64,000 nt of DNA. Source: an uncultured Rhizobacter sp. GTDB lineage: Bacteria > Pseudomonadota > Gammaproteobacteria > Burkholderiales > Burkholderiaceae_C. The stretch covers positions 6,248-70,247 of the forward strand of contig CAZBOF010000002.1 in the NCBI GenBank assembly GCA_964493285.1. The letters run 5' to 3'. Under the pieces are notes generated by a model. It saw only the letters and a list, made by a program, of their open reading frames with translations, was not told the DNA's origin and searched no databases. The position numbers and the translations under genes were made by a program. Below are positions 58,878 to 64,000 of this stretch, piece by piece; positions within the stretch are counted from its first letter, which is position 1, and the number at the start of each line of letters is the position of its first letter.

Positions 58878-60467
58878 ATGCCTGCTGCCTCCCCGCCTCT
58901 TTCCATGCAAGCGCGCTGGGTCGCATTGCAGCGCCTGGTGGCGGTGACGCTGCTGGGTTTCGCTTCCGGTTTGCCGCTGGCCCTCACCGGCCAGGCCATG
59001 CAGGCCTGGCTCACCGCCGAGAACATGGACATCGCCACCATCGGCTTCTTGAGCCTGGTGGGCCTGCCCTACACCTTCAAGTTCCTGTGGGCGCCGCTGA
59101 TGGACCGCTTCGAGCTGCCCTGGCTCGGACGGCGCCGCGGATGGCTGGTGCTCACGCAGCTGGCCATGGCCGGCGTGCTGGTGCTGCTCGCCGGCACATC
59201 GCCCACGGCAGCCACGCGCACGTTCGCGCTGCTGGCCGTGCTGGTGGCCTTCGTCTCGGCGTCGCAGGACGTGGTCGTCGACGCCTACCGCACCGACGTG
59301 CTGCCGCCGGGCGAGCGGGGGCTGGGCGCTTCGCTCAGCGTGCTGGGCTACCGGCTGGCGATGATTCTGTCGGGTGGCGTGGCGCTCATCTGGGTCGACC
59401 CCGCCCAGGGGCTGCCGTGGTCCTGGCCCGAGGTCTACCGCTTCATGGCCTGGCTGATGGCGGGTGCGGCCGTGCTGTCGGTGCTGGTGCTGCCGCGCCT
59501 GCCCGATGTCCCGCGTCCCACCAGTGTGCCGCGCAACGACATGCTGGGGTTCCTGGCGGTGGTGGCCGCGGTGGCGGGCGGCGTGGTGCTCAGCGACCGC
59601 TTCGGCCCCGTCATTGCCCAGACGCTGCTGGCGCCGCTGTGGGCGGGCAGCACCTTGTCGGCCCACTTGCAGACGAAGTGGACCGAACTGCTCGCGTTGA
59701 TGCTGGGCGTGGCCTTCACGCTGCCGCTGGCCGCCTGGGCGGCCCGCGCGGCGCGCTTTGACACCCTGCTGGGCGGCCTGCGCAGCTACTTCAGCCAGAC
59801 CGGCGCCGGCGCCTTTCTCGCCTTCATCGTGCTCTACAAGCTCGGCGACGCCTTCGCCGGCTCGCTGATGACACCCTTCCTGCTGAAGACGATGCTCTAC
59901 AGCACCGCCGAAGTGGGCGTGGTCAACAAGCTCATCGGCTTGTGGCTGACGATCGGCGGCGCGCTGCTCGGCGGGGCCTTGATGCTCAAGCTCGGCCTGT
60001 GGCGTGCGCTGATGCTGTTCGGCATCCTGCAGATGCTCAGCAACATCGGCTTCTGGTGGCTGGCCGTGTCGGGCAAGGGCGTGCTGCCCGGTCTCGTGAT
60101 CCCGGCGTTCGACTGGGGGTTCGTGTCGCTGGCACAGGCCACGCCGGTCGATGGCGGGCTGCTCATGGTGATCGCTTTTGAAAATATTTCCGGTGGCATG
60201 GGCACCGCGGCGTTCGTCGCGTTCCTGATGAGCCTGTGCAACCACCGGTTCACCGCGACGCAGTACGCCCTGCTGTCGGCTTTTGCCTCCATTGGCCGCG
60301 TCTGGGTCGGCCCGCTCGCCGGCGTGCTGGCCGAAACCATCGGCTGGCCGACGTTCTTCATCGTCTCCACGGTGCTGGCGCTTCCGGCGCTGGTGATGCT
60401 GTGGTGGCTGCGCCGGCCGGTGCGCAGCCTGGAAGTGGACCCGAAGGCGCCTTTGATGGACGATTGA
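58878..60467 (+). CDS. ampG: AmpG-family muropeptide MFS transporter
   Basis: LGFASGLP, KFLWAP, GRRRGW, SASQDVVVDAY, TATQYAL. Confidence 0.9.
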   Translation: MPAASPPLSMQARWVALQRLVAVTLLGFASGLPLALTGQAMQAWLTAENMDIATIGFLSLVGLPYTFKFLWAPLMDRFELPWLGRRRGWLVLTQLAMAGVLVLLAGTSPTAATRTFALLAVLVAFVSASQDVVVDAYRTDVLPPGERGLGASLSVLGYRLAMILSGGVALIWVDPAQGLPWSWPEVYRFMAWLMAGAAVLSVLVLPRLPDVPRPTSVPRNDMLGFLAVVAAVAGGVVLSDRFGPVIAQTLLAPLWAGSTLSAHLQTKWTELLALMLGVAFTLPLAAWAARAARFDTLLGGLRSYFSQTGAGAFLAFIVLYKLGDAFAGSLMTPFLLKTMLYSTAEVGVVNKLIGLWLTIGGALLGGALMLKLGLWRALMLFGILQMLSNIGFWWLAVSGKGVLPGLVIPAFDWGFVSLAQATPVDGGLLMVIAFENISGGMGTAAFVAFLMSLCNHRFTATQYALLSAFASIGRVWVGPLAGVLAETIGWPTFFIVSTVLALPALVMLWWLRRPVRSLEVDPKAPLMDD

Positions 60468-60505
60468 GCCGGGAACGACAACGCCTTCTTGCGATCAGAG
60501 ATGCC

Positions 60506-61450
60506 ATGAGCGAAACCAGCCAAGACTTCCGTCCGTCCGGATGGCGCCCGCGCACCCTCCTGCACGGCGTGGGGTGCACCTGCCACCAGCACTCGCGCAG
60601 GCGCCTTCTGGCCGGCGCCGCCGTGCTCGGCACCGCAGGCCTGGCCCCGTGGCCGGCGTGGTCGCGCGAAGGCGTGGATGTCGGCAAGCAGTCGTCGTTC
60701 AGCAAGATCGTCTCGGCCGAGCAGGTGGAGGCGGCCGCGCAATCGCAGTACGCCGCGATGAAGAAGGAAGCCAGTGCCCAGAAAGCCCTGGCGCCCGACA
60801 ACCATCCGCAGGTGGTGCGCCTGCGCGCCATCGCGCAACGCCTCATCCCCTTCACCGAAGCCTGGAACCCGCGCGCCCGCGAATGGAAATGGGAAGTCAA
60901 CCTGCTGGGCTCCGACCAGATCAACGCCTTCTGCATGCCCGGCGGCAAGATCGCCTTCTACTACGGCATCCTTGAAAAGCTCCAGCTCAACGACCAGGAA
61001 GTGGCCATGATCATGGGCCACGAAATGGCCCACGCATTGCGCGAGCACGCCCGTGCGCAGATGGGCAAGACAGCGGCCACGCGCGGCGCCATCGAGCTGG
61101 GTGCTGCCCTCTTCGGGCTGGGCGGTGCCGGGCGCCTGGCCGCCGACATGGGCGGCCAGCTGCTCACGCTCAAGTTCGGCCGCGACGACGAATCCGAAGC
61201 CGACCTCGTGGGCATGGAACTCGCCGCTCGCGGTGGCTACGACCCGAGCGCCGGCGTCACGCTGTGGCAGAAGATGGCGGCGGCCAGCAAAGGTGCGCCG
61301 CCGCAGTTTTTGTCCACCCACCCGTCGGGTCCCGCGCGCATCCAGACCATCCAGGCCAACCTGCCGCGCGTCGAAGGGCTGTATGCCCGCGCGCCCAAGC
61401 CGCCGCGGCGCTACGAGCCGCCCAAGCCGGGGTCTTCAGCCGGCGGCTGA
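60506..61450 (+). CDS. M48-family metallopeptidase
   Basis: NAFCMPGG, HEMAH, ESEAD, FLSTHP; Tat-like SRRRLL signal. Confidence 0.92.
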   Translation: MSETSQDFRPSGWRPRTLLHGVGCTCHQHSRRRLLAGAAVLGTAGLAPWPAWSREGVDVGKQSSFSKIVSAEQVEAAAQSQYAAMKKEASAQKALAPDNHPQVVRLRAIAQRLIPFTEAWNPRAREWKWEVNLLGSDQINAFCMPGGKIAFYYGILEKLQLNDQEVAMIMGHEMAHALREHARAQMGKTAATRGAIELGAALFGLGGAGRLAADMGGQLLTLKFGRDDESEADLVGMELAARGGYDPSAGVTLWQKMAAASKGAPPQFLSTHPSGPARIQTIQANLPRVEGLYARAPKPPRRYEPPKPGSSAGG

Positions 61451-61462
61451 GCCCATCAGCGA

Positions 61463-62104
61463 TCAGGTGCCGCGCACGTACGGGTTGCTGCGCCGTTCTT
61501 CGCCGAAGCTGCTTTCTGGGCCGTGGCCTGGGATGAAGACGACGTCATCGCCCAGCGGCCACAGCCGCTGCGTGATTGACGCGATCAGCGTGTCGAAATC
61601 GCCCTGCGGGAAATCGGTACGCCCGATGCTGCCGGCGAACAGCACATCGCCGACGAATGCACGGCGCGTGGTGGGCTCGTAGAAGATCACGTGCCCGGGT
61701 GTGTGGCCGGGGCAGTGCCGCACCTGTAGTTCGCATTCGCCGATGCGCACCGTGTCGCCGTCCTGCAGCCAGCGCGTCGGCACGAAGGTTTCCGCCTCGG
61801 GAAAACCGAACATCCGGCTTTGCTGCGGCAGCCCGTCGATCCAGAACTGGTCGCCCACGTGCGGCCCGATGATCGGCAGCCCGCGTGTGCGTGCCAGCGC
61901 ACCGGCCGCGCCGGCGTGGTCGATGTGCGCATGCGTGAGCCAGATCTGCTCCAGCGTCACCCCCAGCGCCGCCACGGCCTGTTCCAGCCGCGGCAACTCG
62001 CCGCCCGGGTCGATCACGGCCGCTTTCATCGTGTCGGTGCACCACACCAGCGAGCAGTTCTGGGCGAAGGGGGTGACGGGGAGGGTTTGGTCGTGGAATG
62101 ACAT
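61463..62104 (-). CDS. MBL-fold metallo-hydrolase (YcbL/GloC-like)
   Basis: THAHIDH, PGHTPGH, GDVLF, PGHG. Confidence 0.93.
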   Translation of the reverse strand: MSFHDQTLPVTPFAQNCSLVWCTDTMKAAVIDPGGELPRLEQAVAALGVTLEQIWLTHAHIDHAGAAGALARTRGLPIIGPHVGDQFWIDGLPQQSRMFGFPEAETFVPTRWLQDGDTVRIGECELQVRHCPGHTPGHVIFYEPTTRRAFVGDVLFAGSIGRTDFPQGDFDTLIASITQRLWPLGDDVVFIPGHGPESSFGEERRSNPYVRGT

Positions 62105-62358
62105 GGAAGGAGCAGCCCTTGATGACAATGTGTCGACACATTCACCCCTGTATCGAACTCGCGGGAAGAGGCGGGCGAGCGATGCATCTCATGCGTTCGA
62201 GCCGCATCGGAAGGTCAACTCGCACACCGTCTTGGGTTGACGCCATTTTTGCCCATGACCTATATTGGCTCACTTCGGGGTGGAGATGCTGCCGCGGCGG
62301 GTGTCATCGCCGATCGGCAACGCCTGTGTCTCGCGGGCGGCAACGAACGGAGCATCGC

Positions 62359-63045
62359 ATGTCACTGGACGAGTACAACCGGCACGCCATGCTGGGCCCC
62401 TTGGCAGGCCCGGCCACCACCGCGTCTTCTATCGCAGGCCGAGCGGCCTATGACCGTACTCACCAGAATGTGATTCGCACGGATGGGGCGCCCGCGCCCG
62501 AGTTCAGCCTGACGGCTTCACTGAAGGTGCTGATCTTCATGGTGCTGTTGGCCGGCGCCAGTGCGTTGGCCGTGGTTTTGTTGCCGGAGAAGAGCACGTG
62601 GGCCGCCGTGGTGGGGTTCGTTGCGATGACGGCCGGCATCGGGGTCGTCATCCTTCTCTTGTTCGTCGGGATCGAACTCCTCAAGCATCTCGCTGCCTTC
62701 ATCCTGATCGGCGCGGGGTGGCTGGGCCTGTGGTGGGCCGCCGGCGCCGCGGCGGTGGCTTGGGTGTTCGCCGAAGTCCACGAACTCGCGTTCTTCCCGG
62801 TGCCGTCGTGGGTGGCCGCGTCGGTCGCTGCGGCCCTGGTGGTGGCTGGGCGGTTCGTTCCTGCGTTGCGGCTGGCCGCTGTGGCGACGGCGGCGGGCGT
62901 GATCGCCTATGCCATCGGTGCGGAGTACGTCTTTGAAAGCCGCCTCACGGCGGCCGGGTTGACGGGCCTGCCGGCGGCCGCAGTGGTGGCCGCGGGCGGC
63001 TGGGCCTGGCGCCAGTGGCGCCATCGCCGACGTTCATTCGGATGA
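62359..63045 (+). CDS. hypothetical membrane protein
   Basis: RBS GGAG then ATG; about 6 hydrophobic segments. Confidence 0.65.
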   Translation: MSLDEYNRHAMLGPLAGPATTASSIAGRAAYDRTHQNVIRTDGAPAPEFSLTASLKVLIFMVLLAGASALAVVLLPEKSTWAAVVGFVAMTAGIGVVILLLFVGIELLKHLAAFILIGAGWLGLWWAAGAAAVAWVFAEVHELAFFPVPSWVAASVAAALVVAGRFVPALRLAAVATAAGVIAYAIGAEYVFESRLTAAGLTGLPAAAVVAAGGWAWRQWRHRRRSFG

Positions 63046-63093
63046 TCGTTCCGCGGGCGTCGCGGCGCCGCACGGCCCGCATTCAGCGGGGCC

Positions 63094-63771
63094 TCAGTCG
63101 GCGAGCACCCGCAGCAGCCAGCGATTGAGGTCGGCCACCTCTTGCGCACAGACGGAGTGTTCCATCGGGTAGTCGTGCCATTCCACCAGGTAGCCGAGCG
63201 CGTTCAAGGCATCGCGGGAATCGGTGCCGCGTCCGAGGTGCACGACCGGGTCGCGCGTGCCATGGGCCAGAAAGAAGGGGGTGTGCCGATTGGCTTCGCT
63301 GCGTTCGGCTGCCGTCTTCACGGCGACGGGCAGATAGCCTGAAAGGCCCGCAATGCCGGCGAGGCGTTGCGCGTGGCGCACGCCGGTGAAGAGCGACATG
63401 GCGCAGCCTTGCGAAAAGCCCGCGAGCACGATGCGTGATGCAGGGATGCCGCGCGCCACTTCGCCGGCGATCAGGGTTTCGATCAGCGCCTGCGATTGGC
63501 GGATGCCCGCTTCGTCTTCGCGGCGAACGAGTTCGGTGCCGAAGATGTCGTACCAGGCCCGCATCACATAGCCGCCGTTCAGCGTGACCGGCCGCGTGGG
63601 CGCGTGAGGGAAGACGAAGCGCAGCGGGCCGAGCGTGGCGAGGTCGAGTTCCTGGGCGATGGGGACGAAGTCGTTGCCATCGGCGCCCAGGCCGTGCAGC
63701 ACGATGATGCTGCGCGTGGGCGCCGCACCGGTGGTGATTTCAATCGGAGGTTCGAAGGCGGAGGTGGTCAT
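63094..63771 (-). CDS. phospholipase/carboxylesterase (alpha/beta hydrolase)
   Basis: LHGLGA, GFSQG, HGTRDPVV, MEHSV. Confidence 0.93.
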   Translation of the reverse strand: MTTSAFEPPIEITTGAAPTRSIIVLHGLGADGNDFVPIAQELDLATLGPLRFVFPHAPTRPVTLNGGYVMRAWYDIFGTELVRREDEAGIRQSQALIETLIAGEVARGIPASRIVLAGFSQGCAMSLFTGVRHAQRLAGIAGLSGYLPVAVKTAAERSEANRHTPFFLAHGTRDPVVHLGRGTDSRDALNALGYLVEWHDYPMEHSVCAQEVADLNRWLLRVLAD

Positions 63772-63854
63772 GGCAGCGCAGAAGGTGGAGGGCCCGCGGT
63801 GGCGGGCCCGGCCGTCTATCGTACGAGCCTGTGAAGAACCTTCGTGGCGGGAGG

Positions 63855-64000
63855 TCAGAACTGGTAGCGCAGGCCGATCGACAGCATCGGGATGGCCTTG
63901 ATCTTGCCCACGCCGTCGCGGATCTCCGCGAGTTCGGCATCGATGTCGGCTTGCGACACCAGGGCCGGGTTGCCCAGGTTCGGGCCGGCGTGGGTTTCCG
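63855..64000 (-). CDS. 3' end of a probable outer-membrane beta-barrel protein (partial)
   Basis: Manual translation: ...SQADIDAELAEIRDGVGKIKAIPMLSIGLRYQF*; C-terminal aromatic beta-signal. Confidence 0.6.
   Translation of the reverse strand, partial: ETHAGPNLGNPALVSQADIDAELAEIRDGVGKIKAIPMLSIGLRYQF

Overview
High-GC betaproteobacterial-type (Burkholderiales-like, inferred from gene content) chromosomal window in three parts. (1) 1-21.7 kb: a sigma54-controlled sulfur-starvation/organosulfur-scavenging cluster. It has two SfnR-like enhancer-binding proteins, two SsuD-like flavin monooxygenases, an MFS transporter, two amidohydrolases, a nitroreductase, a porin, an SsuABC/TauABC-type importer with 2 binding proteins, 4 permeases and 1 ATPase, a 2-hydroxyacid dehydrogenase and a heterodimeric ABC exporter. 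Divergent -24/-12 promoters with palindromic upstream sites are visible, and the first five genes of the main operon encode no cysteine. (2) About 21.8-53 kb: a decayed IS481-family element, then a lower-GC island with an apparently intact F-type type IV secretion system in gonococcal-genetic-island-like gene order. Its MOBH relaxase ORF is open but lacks the His-rich and HD catalytic motifs, its PFL_4669/AcaB-like gene is a pseudogene, and no integrase, partition or DNA-processing genes are seen. The best novelty candidate is therefore a domesticated, possibly non-conjugative T4SS. (3) 53-64 kb: ordinary housekeeping genes. All calls come from reading the sequence and recalling family motifs; no searches were run.
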